63,769 bases of DNA, filler included, from Hyphochytrium catenoides (GCA_900088475.1; 16 parts of 16 records of this genome joined end to end with filler, not necessarily neighbours in it); one strand, 5' to 3'; shown: positions 1-13,182, counted from the first letter of the whole stretch. The notes: generated from the letters alone by a model not told the origin. Translations and numbers: made by a program.

Positions 1-14
1 AGACAGAGAGAGAC

Positions 15-47
<33 letters not shown>

Positions 48-168
48 CAGAGAGAAGGAAGGACGGAACGAAGAGAAAATAGTGGGCTGAGGCGGAAGAA
101 GAAGCAAGATAAGAGAAAAGAGAGAGAGTCAAGCACCAGACAAAGAGAGAGGAGAAGCTTCTTCTCAC

Positions 169-483
169 CCTTCCCTCGGTCTCCCCACTGATAAGAAGAT
201 AAGCTCCATCTCCCTTATCTGCCGCTTTTTCCGGCTGCCTGAGCGCCAGATGACATCGCGTCTCATCGGAAAGATTTTTGATGTTCGCGCCTTTCTTTCC
301 AATGAGAATCTGCCTTAATGTGGCCTCAGGGGCGATTTTCAGCGGGAGAGAGAGCTTGCGAAAGACAAGCGCTTTCTGTCTCTCTCCTCCCACGACCTCA
401 CAGCTTGGAGTCGGGAGACCGAGAGCGACTCCGATGGCGATGTTTGTCCCCGCGCTGACGCTTTTTATAGAGGCAGCGGCAGC
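169..483 (-). CDS. Internal exon of a KH-domain RNA-binding protein (partial gene; further exons probably at ~630-770 and ~1140-1235)
   Basis: Manual minus-strand translation gives ...LRQILIGKKGANIKNLSDETRCHLAL...LLISGETEGR, with the KH GxxG loop. AAG acceptor at 486-484, GTGAG donor at 168, 315 nt open. Confidence 0.7.
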
Positions 484-801
484 CTTCATTGCGTCGAAGA
501 AAGAGATTTATAAGAGCACAAGCTCAGGAAAGAGAGAAGACATCCGGCGAAGAAGGAGAACATTTCGAAGGGCAATGTAAACCCGCCCTTTGGAGAGAAC
601 CAGGCATTAGGCTTCATCTTTTTGATTCATTCTGATATTCTTTCCCATCTTCTCAAGAATCTGCAGCTCCCTTTCCGGATAACATTACGGAGATTTTCAG
701 TAGAAGACGCAATAATCTTCACATCTGGAGGAGCGAAAATGTCTCCAAAGTGATCCTTTTTCAGTGTCCTTGCTTGCAAAGCGAGAATCAGAGAAGAGAC
801 A

Positions 802-853
<52 letters not shown>

Positions 854-2062
854 AGAACTTGGTGAACATCAAAAATCAAAAGAGATAAACAGCGAAGAGA
901 ATGCAAGAGACAGAGGAAGACAGACCACCGAGATTAGGAGAAAAACAAGCCAAGAGATAGAGAGGGAGAGACAGAGAGAATGGAGAGATATAACAAGAGA
1001 GACAGAGAGATGGGGAGGGAGAGAGAAGAGAGAGGGAGAGAGAAAGAGAGACAGTGAAGACAGAGAAGACAGAGAACAGCGGAGAGAGAGACAGAGAGAG
1101 AGAGACAGAGAAAGAGAAAGAGAGTGAGAGTGAGAAAGAAAGGGCCTTTACGAAAGAGAGCTTATTCCAAGATTTACGCTGCGATGTGTAGAACGCAGGT
1201 TCGTACAAGACAGAGTCGAGAAAGGCTCTCACCACTGGGTGAGTGGCTCCGTCCGCTTAACATTTGACACGAGGGAAACACCCAAACACATAAGGGGGAA
1301 AGTGGCTCACCCTCGTTACTCTAATTCCCACGGGCCACTCGAGAGTTTTATTTCACTAGAGTGGTAGTTATATTCTAAATAATTATTTGCTTGATCAGAA
1401 CCGAACGGGACAATGACTGGGCAACTTGAAGAGATGACCACTCTCATTTCGGATCAGAACACCCATCACAAATATGGCCGATGCCAAGCCTGTTAACAAC
1501 GCTAACTCAGATATCTTTTGCCAATTATTAACCTGTGTTAAGGTGACGTTATGAGGCATTAGCCTAAAAATGGGAGGAAAGAAGCATTATGTGAGTTTGA
1601 AAGCGATCTGGGTTTGAGCACNNNNNNNNNNNNNNNNNNNNNNNNNNNNNNNNNNNNNNNNNNNNNNNNNNNNNNNNNNNNNNNNNNNNNNNNNNNNNNN
1701 NNNNNNNNNNNNNNNNNNNGCGAGAGAGAGAGAGAGGGAGAGAGAGAGAGAAAAGAGAGACCCAGCATCGACGGCGCAGAGCACAGGCTAGCTACGATCT
1801 AGGCCGAAGAGAAAAAAGCGTGTCTCTTACCTCTCCATCTTCACACCGTTGATAGGCTTGGTCCTTGTATACGAAAGACGCAAGCGAAGGAGAGAGGGCA
1901 ATTGCTCTTCCCAAAGGCCAAGTGCCTCTGATGTTTCTCTTCTTTTCCGTCACAACCGTGATCTGAGGCTAAAGACAACGTCTAATAAGCAGCTCAAAGA
2001 GGAGCGCGGAAAGTGGTCAAGGAGGAAGAAGTTGGAGGTGGACCATCGTTGAGGAGGGGAAC

Positions 2063-2096
<34 letters not shown>

Positions 2097-2165
2097 GGGG
2101 AGAGGGAGAGAGAAAATAGGGGACAGAAAGGTGCACGGAACTTCGATTGTTGGCCTTATCAACGT

Positions 2166-3523
2166 ATGATGAGCGCCGAAGAGGGCCAAAGAGAAAAAGA
2201 GAACGGCGGAGTGAAGATCTCTGTGTGGAATGGGGAGCCTCTGTCTCCTCGATCGAGAGGAGAGAGACGACCAGTGCTCTTTCGCTGGACCAAACCGGCC
2301 AGCAGTGTGCAGGTGTCGGGAAGTTTCAATGGGTGAGACTATGACTCATGGTCATCGCAAGGCGTCGTTCTCTCTTTCTTTCTTTTCCCCTCCCTTTCTT
2401 ATTGTCTCTCGCGCTCTCTTTTGTCTCTTTATCGCTTTCCTTCCCTCCGTCACCCTCTCTTTTTTCTCTCTCACTCTTTCTCTCTCCTTTCCCTTTCTCA
2501 CTCTCCCTCTGTTCTTTACCTTTTCGTGCTCCATCTAGTCATCTCTATTTACAGTTTCTTCTATTATCTCGTCCTTCGGTAGAGCTCTCAGGCTCCTCTC
2601 CCTCTTCTTTCCTATCGTCAACGGCCTCGCTCCTCACTCTTTCTCTCTCTCCCTTGCGCGCTCGTTGGCTCACTCCCTCTTTCTGTCCATCTTTCTCTCT
2701 CTCGCTCTATGTAGCTGGGGAGAGAGAATTAACTTGCCGCTAGTGGCCGACACGTTTGGAAGAGGGTCCCATTTTGGTGAGAATCCTTGTCTCCGAAGCG
2801 CCTGATCTCCGTCTTTCTCTTCTCTCTCTCTCTGTCTCTCTCTGTCTCTCTCTCTCCCTCTCTCTCTCTCTCTCCTTGTCCTCGTTTTACGGAGATCCTT
2901 CTTATCGTCTGAGTCAGCCCAAAGTCTTAGAGTCCGTCTTTATCTATCTTTTTTCCTTTCTCTCTCTCTCCTCTCGTGTCTCCCCCTCTCTCTCTCTCTG
3001 CTAGTCTCCTCCTTCTACATTGACTGTGTCTGACCCGTCGTCCATCATAGAGATAACGCTGCTCATCCCGAAAGGCGAGCACACCTACAAGTACGTCCAA
3101 CTTTCCATTATTAGGGCTCTGGGGACAATGTAGTAAATGCTAAAGTCTCTCTCTCCTTGAATGCCTCTTCTCTCTTCTCCTCGCTGCACATTTCCCCATG
3201 TCTCTCGTCTCTCTCGTCTCCCTTCCCGGCAACGCTATTTGCTAGGTTTATAGTAGATGGAGAATGGAAGGTACGGACATCTCGCGTTCTGTCTGATCTC
3301 TCTCTCTCTTCCCCTATTGGGGTTCTCGCGTTTTCCTATTATTTTGCTTGGCTGTACTGTCCTTCCTTTCTTCTCTCACTCTCTCTCTTTCTCTCTCTCT
3401 CTCTCCTCCGCTCTGTCTCTACCATTTCAACTCAAGATTCTTCGGTGCTACCCCTTTTTCTGTCCCTCTTTCGCTCCCTTCTCATCCTTCCTTTTCCTTT
3501 TCTTACTTGCTCTCCCTTTCTCT

Positions 3524-3563
<40 letters not shown>

Positions 3564-4359
3564 CTCCTCCTGACAGTACGACTCCGACTTTGCGTTTGCC
3601 TTTGACGAGTATGGGAACATCAACAACATCATCGATGTCAAGCCATCCGACGAGTCCTCCATCCTCAGACCCGTGCCAACATACTTCCGGGTCCCCATCG
3701 CGTCAGGAGGTGAGCATCGCTAAGCTATCAGGCCTCTACTTTTCTCTCGTCTCTCTCTCTGGTATACACTCTCTTTCTCTCTCTCACCCTCATACTCTCT
3801 GCGTCACGCACTCTCCTCCCTTGATTCTTTCTCTTTCTCTCTCTTGTACACCTCTCGCCTGCTTTCCTTCGTATGTCCTGTCGTACGTACTCTTTCTCCT
3901 TCAACTGCCTCTCTCTCTCTCTCTCTCTCTCTCTTACATCGTTCTCTCTCTCTCTCTCTTTCCTTTTCTACTTTTGTTTGCATACACTCTCCCTCTCTCT
4001 ATTTTCTCTCATTCTCTCTCTCTCTCTCTGTAGATGACATTCAGCTAAATAAGCAAGCGCTGAACCGCCTCAGACTATTCTCTGGATCGGAGACGGTTGA
4101 TCACTTGCTAGAAGTGAATGTGAAGCCTCCAGAGGTGAAGACAGGAGAGGGAACACTCCCTCCCCCAGCTATACAGAATGTGAGTCTCTCTTTGCCACGA
4201 TGGAGAGAGAGAGAGAGAGAACGAACACTGAACGCTGGTCTCCCTTTTCTTCTTGTTGGGCCAGACCCTCTTCACTCTTATCCTACTTTTCTAGGCTATT
4301 CTTCCTTTCTCTTTCCGACTCTCTTCTTTTGGTCTCGCGGGTGTCTCTCTTTCTATCTT

Positions 4360-4391
<32 letters not shown>

Positions 4392-5443
4392 TTTGTCCCA
4401 TTCCTCCAATTTCTCTTCTTCTTTTAGTTTTTTGCTTTCTCAGACTCTCTTGTGTGCTTGTCCTATCGCCATTCTACGGTCTTTCTCTCTCTCTTATTCT
4501 CTCGCTGCATCTCTCCTATTCACTCTCTCTCTCCCCTCTTTCTTCTGCCTTCTTTTCTCTCATGTCTTTTTGTCTGGCACTGCAGGAGCTGGAGCTGGAG
4601 TACGGTCTGGATGTGAACACTGCCCGCAGTAGTCCCTCTTCTCCTTCGTTAAAGGACAAGCTATCAATCAACGTCATCCACACAGCAGAGAAAGTAGAAA
4701 CTAATCTGAAGAAAGTGAAAAGCTTAGAAAAGTTCAACACCAACCTCGTGCTGGCCGCCAGGGCGCAGGTTGAGACCATCTCTCTCTCACACACACACTA
4801 TCTATTTCTCTCTGTCGTCGCTCTGTCCCCACGGAATCACTTCCATTTCTCTGTTTCTCTCTCTCCATGCATCGCCCGCAAAGTTTTCGTTGGTTCTTCC
4901 TTCTGCCCGTGCTCGAGACCTATACGTGGTCATAACAGTTTGCTGCCTTCTCTCTCTTGGAACTCCTCTCCTCATCATCCATTTGCTGCTTTATTTGTTG
5001 AGGTCTCTGACTAGTCGTTAGAGAGATCTCTCTCTCATCACTCTTTCTCTCTCTCTCTCCATCTATCTATCTTCTCTCTTTCTCTTTCTCTCTGTTCTAT
5101 ACTACTCGGTGTTTCCACATATTTCTCTCCCGCTTTCTCTCCCGGTCTCTCTTACCCTCTCTACTTTGCTTCTGTTTGTCGAGTTAGCACTTCGGGGGAG
5201 ACCTTGCGACCTTTGAGCACAAGTCCCGAGAACAGGTCCGCAAAGTTGCCCATTTCTTCACCTTCGTGGATTTCTTTCCCATGTAGAGACAAGGGAATTT
5301 CATGACAGGGCTTGGAAGCCTTTCTGTCCAATGTTTACCGTCCAATCTCTTCATCTTTCTTTTGCTTTCACTGTCGCTTCTCTTTGTTGAGTTCTGATAG
5401 AGTCCAGCTGACTCATCTTCCTACCGTCCACTGTCTCTTTTCT

Positions 5444-5501
<58 letters not shown>

Positions 5502-5988
5502 CTCTTGTCTCTCTTTCTGTATCCCCTTGCAGCTTGGCGGCCATCAGTCTCATATTTATTCACACGGCGCCGTCGAGGGAGCATCGCAGCTGTCGCGTCT
5601 GGAAGCGAAGCTCATCATTGTCATGGTCGGACTGCCAGGCAGAGGCAAGACTTTCGTGGGCCATATTATTAGGAGACATGTACGGTCCCTATGTCTCTCT
5701 CGTTCCTTTCTCTTTGGCCTCTCTCTCTCCCGCTATCTCGCTCTGGCTCGGGATCACCTTTGGTTTGCCCTCCTTCTCCTCTCTGTATCGCTCTCGCTCA
5801 CTCCTCTAACGGCCTGATCCCAATGGTCTCTCATTGGTCTCTCTCTTGCCGACGCCCTCCTGTTCCTTTCTATCTTGCTCTTTCTCTCTCTGTTCTTACT
5901 TCCGCGTCTTTTCTGTCTTGTTTCCTCTAATCCTTCTCTTTCTTCCTCTGCGTCCCCCTTCCTCGCTCGCTCGCTCGCTCTGGCGCTC

Positions 5989-6019
<31 letters not shown>

Positions 6020-8015
6020 GTCTCCCTCCCTTCCCCGGTCTCGGTCGCGAGCTCAGCTGCGTTGGATGGGCTATCGTGTGAACATCTACAATGTCGGAAA
6101 CTACCGCCGGAAAATGTTCGGAGCAGAGCTGACACACGAGTTCTTTGACCCGACAAACGACCAAGCCCTTTCCAAACTCAAACAGGCACGGCTTACTAGC
6201 CTTTCTCTTTGTTCTCTCTTTCTCTCTCTCTCTCTCTCTTTTGGTTCCGCAATCTTTCTTATTGACCCTTTCGCCAGAATGCTGCCTTCACGACCACAAT
6301 TTCTCTCTCTTTACTGACTCTCCACTGATTCTGTACTGTTGGAAATGCAAGTCTCTCTCTTTCTTTTTGTGCCTAGGGAGGTGTCTCTCTTTCTCTTTGT
6401 GCTCAGCTCTGGGTCACGCAGTATCTCATGATATTTGTTCCAAACAGCTGGCCTTTCGCTACTTTTCTCTCTCACAGTCTCTCCCCTTTTTATGTCTCTC
6501 TTTCTCTCTCTCTCTCTCTGTTATTCTTGTCTGTTCAAGGCTCGTGACCAGTGCTATGAAGACCTCATTGATGCTTGTCAGCGTGATGAAATCGACGTGG
6601 GTATATATGACGGCATTAACAACACGGTGGAGGTAAGGGACAGCACAACAGACGAGAGGGGGAGGGGAACTCTCTCTGTCCAGCTCGCTTTCTCTCTCTC
6701 TCTCTCTCCCTTTCTCTCTCCCTCTCCCTTTTTTTCTCTCTCTCTCTCTCCTTTTTTTCTCTCTCTCTCTCTCTATATAATCCTTCCGTTTCTGATAATG
6801 TAGAGAGCTTTATCATTATTTTGGGTCTATTTCTGTCGCCCTACTTACCTCTCTCTCTATCCTGCTGCCCTCTTTTCTAACACTCGTCTCTTTCCTTCCC
6901 TCCCTCTTTTCTCTCTCTCTCTCTTTTCCTTTCTCTCTTCCTTGGTTCTCACCCGTCGTGAACTATATGAACAGCGGCGGTCAACGCTTCGAGAGGCTAT
7001 TTCAAAGACGAACTATAGCTTGCTTTTCATCGAGTCCATCTGCCAAGACCCAGAGATACTGAAAGACACCATCCACGAGATGATCATAGGATCGGATGAC
7101 TATAGAAATCAGACGGTAAGGCGCGATGGTGAAGAAGAGAAAGAAGAAAGTGGCGGAAAGAGAGAGAGAAGAGCAAAAGGAGAAAAGATAGGAAGTACCA
7201 AAGAAGAACGGGAGCGAGAGTTTTGAGGCTGTTGGGACAATATATCAAGCTACCACTCCCTGAGAGAGGGTGCTAAAGAGAGACGGGGTTAGATGGGTAG
7301 AGAAAGCGAGAGACAGGGAGAGCTGACGAGGATGTTGGTCACTCCACTTGCTCTGTGCTTTATCTCTCTCTCTCTCCCTGCTCCATGATCTGGTCTCTCC
7401 TGTCGAAATGCCACATAGTGCTTTCTTCTCAGCCCAGCATTTCTCGCTCTGTCTCTCTCTGATTCTCTTTCCATTCTTCCCCCACCTCTTTCTCCGCTCC
7501 TTTTCCCTTTTCTCTCTCTCCCTATCTTCTTCTCTCTCTTTCTCTCTCTCTCTCTTTCCTCTTCTCTCTCCTGTCTCCTTTCTCTCTCTTCTCGCATATA
7601 TAGGCAGACAAGGCTTTCAATGACTATGAGAAACGAATCGCCCACTATAGCAAAATTAACCAGTTTATAACGCCGGAGGAAGGCGCAAGTTATATCAAGG
7701 TAACTATGTGGAATGGTGGTCACTTCTTGACGCTTTCTCCCAGGTATTTAACAGTAATCAACGCCTTTCTGTGCAGCTGTTTGACGTGGGAAGGGAGCTG
7801 CACACCTTCATGGTCAATGGATACATTCAGGTGCAATCTCTGACCTCTTCCTTGTCTCTTCTGCTCTTCTCTCTCATGGGCCCCCCTCTCTCTCTTTATA
7901 AATTTTGATCTCTCTCTATGTAAGTAAAATTCTCTGTTTCGTGTTTTCTTTATTTAGGCAGGGTCTACGAGGCAATCACTTTCTTGTCTCTCTCTTCTCT
8001 TGCTTACTCTCTCTC

Positions 8016-8056
<41 letters not shown>

Positions 8057-9721
8057 AAGAGTTCTGGCTCTGTCTATCCACAGCTTTCCCCTTTTCTTTT
8101 CTCTCCGCCGGCTGGTCCTGGCATTCCTGCCCTTCCCGTCCCTGCAAAAGAGCCCTCTTCCGTACCTCTTTGAGCATCATTCTCTGGCCAAGGCTCAGTT
8201 TCTCTTCTCTCCGTAGTACTCTTCTTTCTTAGAGTCTGTTATTCTGTCTTTGACCTAACTCTTTGGTGTCCGGCAGGGTCGCATCATGTTCCTCCTCGCC
8301 AACATTAACATCACAACGCGGCCGATCTGGCTGAGTCGGCACGGAGAGAGTTTATATAACACACAGGGAAAGATTGGAGGAGACTCAGGTCTCTCTCCTC
8401 TTGGGAAAGAGTACGCGCAGAGGTTAACAAACTTCTTCAACGCCCAGTACCCGCCAGGTAAGAATTCTGGGCAAGACAACAGAGAGGGGCAGCGGCTTTG
8501 CTATCTTTCACACTGATAGAAAGACAAGGGGAGAGAGAGAACAAGAAAGAGAGAGAGGGAAGGACAAAGAGAGAGAGAGAGAAAGAAGAAAGAAAGTCTA
8601 ACGCCATAAAGCTAGGCTCTGAGTTGACAATATGGACCTCCACGATGCTGCGGACGGGGATGACAGTGTCTCCACTGGCGGAAGACGGCCGCGCTGTTCT
8701 GAAGTGGAAGCAGTTAGATGAGATAGATGCAGGCATTTGTGATGGGATGACGTGAGTTCGTTGTACCTCTCTTTCTTTTCACGCTCTGTGCCTCTCGTGT
8801 CCCTGCCTGCTGTCCCCTTCCCCCCCCCTCTCTCTCTCCTATCAGGTAGCTCTTGAACTGTCTATTCAGACTTTGTCTCTCTCGTTTGCCGGGAAACGGC
8901 ACTGCCAGTTTGCACAGTGGCGCTTTTTGCCATCGTATTACATTGATTCCTTTCACCTCTACACTCCAGCGTCTCTTTCCTCCTTACCTCTCTGTATCTC
9001 CCTTAATTCTCTGCGTCTCCCACTCTCTCCTTTCTTGACAGGCCACCTCTTCGTCTGCTCTCTCTTCTTTTCCCACGTCAGAACAATGGCCCTTTCACGT
9101 CAGCCTCCCATACCTCCTCTCTTCCCACCTCTCTTCTCGAAAGTCCGTAATTTCATTGTCACTTCCTCTCTGTCTCCCGTTGGAAATGAAGAAATACTGT
9201 CTATCTCCCTCTTTCCTCTTATCTCACGCACTCTCTCTCTCTCTCTCTCTCTCTCCTGATGGTGGAATATAGCTATGAACAGATAGCGAAGACAATGCCT
9301 GACGAGTATCTTCGGCGGAAGGTAACATCTAAGAGCCAAAGTACCCTTTTTCCAAATATCTTTTTCCATTACAAAGCCATCTCGCCCTCGCCATCGAGGC
9401 TCAGATGTTGGTCTTCTGTTCGCTCTGTCTGACTCTCCCTCTCCTCTCTTTGGTTCCCGCGATGTTGCGTCCTCTCATTTCCAAGCCATTCTCTCTCTTT
9501 CCCTCTTTCTCTTCGTTCTCTCTCTCCCTCTCTCTTTCTCTGATCGTTTCTGGTGCGACCTGGTCGTTTCCCTTCTTTAGAAATTCAAGCTTGAGTATCG
9601 CTATCCCCGGGGAGAGTCCTACCAGGATGTTATCCATAGGCTAGAGCCCGTCATCATAGAGCTCATGAGAGTGCAGACTCCAATCTTGTACGTCATATGC
9701 TCCTTCCTCTCGTCCCCTTCC

Positions 9722-9752
<31 letters not shown>

Positions 9753-10289
9753 GGTCTGTCTCTTCTCCTCTCAGCTCCTTCGTCTCTGCCCTCATGCGCT
9801 GCAGGTGTATCTTTCTACGTGCAGCTATTTCTTCTCTCTCTCAGGAAATCTTCACTGTCCGCATTCAGACTGTCGCTTGCTTCGCTCTTTCTAACTGCCT
9901 CTTTCCTCTCCCATATCAGTCTCTCCATCTCTGCTTTCTCTCTTCTCTCCTCTAGTTATAGAGTAGAAACCTCTTGGACCATTCCTCCTCATAGTCGTTG
10001 CCCCCTCTCCATCTCTCTTTCTGCCTCTCCATCTCCTATACTCTTTCAACTGTCTCTTGTCCTCTCTCTCTCTCTTTCTGTACCCTTACACTTTCCTTCT
10101 TCTTCTCTTTCTCTCTCTCTCTCCTTCCTCAGGATTGTGGCTCACCAAGCCATCCTTCGCGTGATCTATGGTTATCTGACCAACAAAGAGCCGCAGGACT
10201 GTCCGACCATTGACATGCCTCTCCATACAATTATACAGCTCACACCGAAAGCTTACGGCTGTGAGGAAGTGTGGCACAAGCAAATGTAG
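2166..10289 (+). CDS. PFKFB: 6-phosphofructo-2-kinase/fructose-2,6-bisphosphatase family protein with an N-terminal AMPK-beta-like glycogen-binding (CBM48) domain, about 19 exons
   Basis: Spliced exons give [25 protein letters not shown]...[24 protein letters not shown]...[10 protein letters not shown] (AMPK1_CBM); [25 protein letters not shown] (PFK-2 domain); [29 protein letters not shown] (FBPase-2). GT/GC-AG junctions keep phase where checked. Stop TAG at 10287-10289. Confidence 0.92.
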
Positions 10290-11235
10290 GCAGCAGCAGC
10301 GCTGATGAAGAGAGAGAGAGAGAGTAAGAAGAGAAGGGAGAGAGAGAGAGAGAGAGAGGGAGACATTCAAGTTAAAGAGGAAGTTGGTCAAGCTCAAGCA
10401 ACAGTGCGAGCGATTGGGGTACTATATGTTGGGGTTATCAGCATAATAAAAGAGGAAAGGACTGCACGGGAGATCCCTCAGCTGATTTGACAGCTGGATA
10501 AAAAGAGAGAGAGAGACAGACAGGCAGACAGAAAGAAAGAGAGAGGACAAGAAGAAAGAGAGTGGAAAGAACGACAAGAGAAGTAGTGACAGAGAGAGAT
10601 ATATATATATATATAGAGAGAGAGAGAAAGGTAGGGCAGAAAGAGAGTGGGTGAGGGTAGAAAAGAGTTACAAAGAGGGATAGACCCTGATTAGCCGGTC
10701 AACCTGAAAAGGTCACGGAAAGAGAAGCGGAAGAGAGATTAGTAATCACAAAAGGCAGAGCGACCGAGAGAGAAAGAGAGAGAGAGAGAGGAAATAAAGA
10801 AATTGGAAAGAGGACCTCTGCGCTACGTCACATATTCCTATCAGGTGCTGCCGAGTAAAAGGGAGAATTATTATCAACCTATAAAGCTAGGAAACGAACA
10901 TAGGGAGAGAGAGAGAGAGCAAGAAAGACAGGCGAAAAGGAAGGAGAGACATTGGAAGAGGGGGAGCAAGATGCTCGCTCTGGAAGGAGAAGAAAGGTTT
11001 ATATTAGCGCTTAAGGACCAAAGGTGCTGCCTGCCTTCACGAGAGAGAGAGAGGCACCAGCTGAGATTGTGAAGCGGGAGAGAATGAGAGAAGAGACGGC
11101 TCAACATCTGATGGACTACCTGTCTTCTGTTGAAGAAACATCAAGGCAGAGGAACCCTGCATCAAGACAGGAAGAGAAAGAGTGGATTGAGGAATAAGAG
11201 AGAGAGGGAGAGAGAGAGAGAGAGAGAGGGAACAT

Positions 11236-13182
11236 TCACTCGCGAGGTGGGTCCCACGTTGTCTCTCCTGTCCTGTCATTATAATAGTACAGCCGTCCGG
11301 TCTTCGGGTCCACCGCCACACACCATCTCTCAGGAAGGATGGTGACGCTGCTGCGAGAAGAGATGAAGCTCTCTCCGTTCTCTCTCTCTTCTCTCTTCTC
11401 CCCTTCTCTCTCTCTCACTTCTAAAGAAGGAGCATCTGTTGGTGGTTCTCTGCTCAGAGTGGAGATTGGAAGTAGAGGAGGAAGAGGCGGACTGTTCCGT
11501 CTCTCTTCTAAAGAAGAAAGAGCAGCAACAGCATTAGAAGACAAGAGAGAGGAAAGAGACTGGGACTCTCTCTCCTTAGCATTGCTCTTCCTGTCACCGG
11601 AAGTCAGAGAAAGGGTGTCAATCGTCTCCGTGCACGGGAGAGAAACGGTGCCCTTGGTATAAAGAGTGGAATAGCGAGGAGAGAGAAGGGAAACGAGAGG
11701 CTTTGTCCCTCCGTCAGGGCGTGACTCGCTGGTAAGAGAGACTGGGGCGGAAGAGGAGGAGGCAGCAGCGGTGCCATTCTCTCTCTCTCTCTCTTTCGCC
11801 ATTGTGTCTGATGAGAGAGGGAAGACAGACGGGGAAGAAGAGACAAGCGCGATGGACTCTCTCCCTCCCATCACTCCATACAGTCCAGTTCTAGGGGTGG
11901 CAGAGTCGTCCGAGGAAGAGACAGAGAGAGAAGACGCACAGGGAGAAGGCGCATACACAGTCTCTGACTCCTCTGGCGTCAACACTGTCGTTTTTCGGAG
12001 AGAGAGCTTTCTAGCGTCGGCTCTCTCTCGTCGTCTCTCTCTCTCTCCATCTTTGCTTCCCCTCTTTCTCGCTTGTACCAGAGCATAGAGAAGAATAGCT
12101 ATGATAAAGCCCAGAAAGCCCACAGTTGCAGGCCAGACCACCTGGTCTGATAAGTCACTCTCTCTCTCTGTCTCTCTCTCTTGGGGAGAGGGAACGACAG
12201 CTCCTGGCGTAGCCTGAGGACTTCCTACCAGTGTGTCAACGGGGAGAGAAGAAGGAGAAGGGGAAGAAAGAGAAGCAGGAGAGAGAGATGGAGAGAAAGA
12301 TGTGAAAGGTTCTTCAGTTGTTCTCTCCTCTCCTTGTGGAGCTGGGGCCAAATGGAAGGCTTGGGTGGACTCATTGGCGGGAAGAGAGGATTCAGTGCTG
12401 TTCTCTCTCTCTTCGCTTTCTCTCTCATTCTCGGCACTTGAGGAGGTGGAAGAGGAGGGGGAGAGAGACGAAACGGAAGACGAAGAGGAAGCAGTAGAAG
12501 AAGAGAGAGAAGAAGAGGAAACGGAAGACGAAGGAGTAGGAGGAGACGTAGAAAGGTCTCCCGCCCCTTCTGCAGCACCTTCTTCTGAGGAAGAGGTAGA
12601 GGAAGATGGAGACGGGGCCACAGAAGGGAAAGAGGTGCTGCTGCTTTGACTGCTAGTTGTCTCTTCTCTCTCTTCTAGGGACAAGGGAGAAGTGGTTGGA
12701 GGAGCAGGAGAAGCGGCTTCCGAAGGAGAAGGGGCTTCCCCATCTGCACCCGAAGACGAAGGAGAGGGAGTATCGATCGGAGTGAGAGAAGGAGAGAGAC
12801 TTTCGGACGGAGAGAGAGGAGGCGAGGGAGTGTCCGATGGAGAGACACCGGGAGAAGCTGTCTCGGGACTTGCTTCCTCTTCTATCAGTCTTCTTTTTCT
12901 TTCTCTGGCCGCAGAATAGGTGCTTTCTCTCTTTGGCCTCCAGAAAAAGGAAGAGCTCACTGGCTTAGGAGAATGAGAGACTGTTCTGGTGTCTCCTCTC
13001 TCTTCTATTGAACTTCTTTCTCTCTTTACGTCTCTCCTCTTCTTCAGCTCCCGCCTAAAGACCTCACCTTCTTCACTGTCTTTTTCTTCCTCTTCTTCCC
13101 TTCGGTTATCCATCAGGACGGGACTGTTCTTGAGCGAGAGAAATAGGAAGGTAATCTCCTTGTCTCTCTCTTCTGTTGTCAC
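11236..13182 (-). CDS. Large terminal exon of a single-pass membrane protein with an S/P/T/E-rich region, a TM helix and a C-terminal WW domain (upstream exons probably to ~14217)
   Basis: 648-aa ORF; TM segment VVWPATVGFLGFIIAILLYALV followed by RKR; C-terminal LPERWCVAVDPKTGRLYYYNDRTGETTWDPP is a canonical WW domain. Confidence 0.8.
   Translation of the reverse strand: MTTEERDKEITFLFLSLKNSPVLMDNRREEEEEKDSEEGEVFRRELKKRRDVKRERSSIEERGDTRTVSHSPKPVSSSFFWRPKRESTYSAARERKRRLIEEEASPETASPGVSPSDTPSPPLSPSESLSPSLTPIDTPSPSSSGADGEAPSPSEAASPAPPTTSPLSLEEREETTSSQSSSTSFPSVAPSPSSSTSSSEEGAAEGAGDLSTSPPTPSSSVSSSSLSSSTASSSSSVSSLSPSSSTSSSAENERESEERENSTESSLPANESTQAFHLAPAPQGEERTTEEPFTSFSPSLSPASLSSPSPSSLPVDTLVGSPQATPGAVVPSPQERETERESDLSDQVVWPATVGFLGFIIAILLYALVQARKRGSKDGERERRRERADARKLSLRKTTVLTPEESETVYAPSPCASSLSVSSSDDSATPRTGLYGVMGGRESIALVSSSPSVFPLSSDTMAKERERENGTAAASSSSAPVSLTSESRPDGGTKPLVSLLSPRYSTLYTKGTVSLPCTETIDTLSLTSGDRKSNAKERESQSLSSLLSSNAVAALSSLEERRNSPPLPPLLPISTLSREPPTDAPSLEVREREGEKREERENGESFISSRSSVTILPERWCVAVDPKTGRLYYYNDRTGETTWDPPRE

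Noticed and set aside
2715-2776. Non-canonical GA donor in PFKFB exon 2
   Set aside because: A canonical GTGAGA donor in the right phase exists 18 nt downstream.
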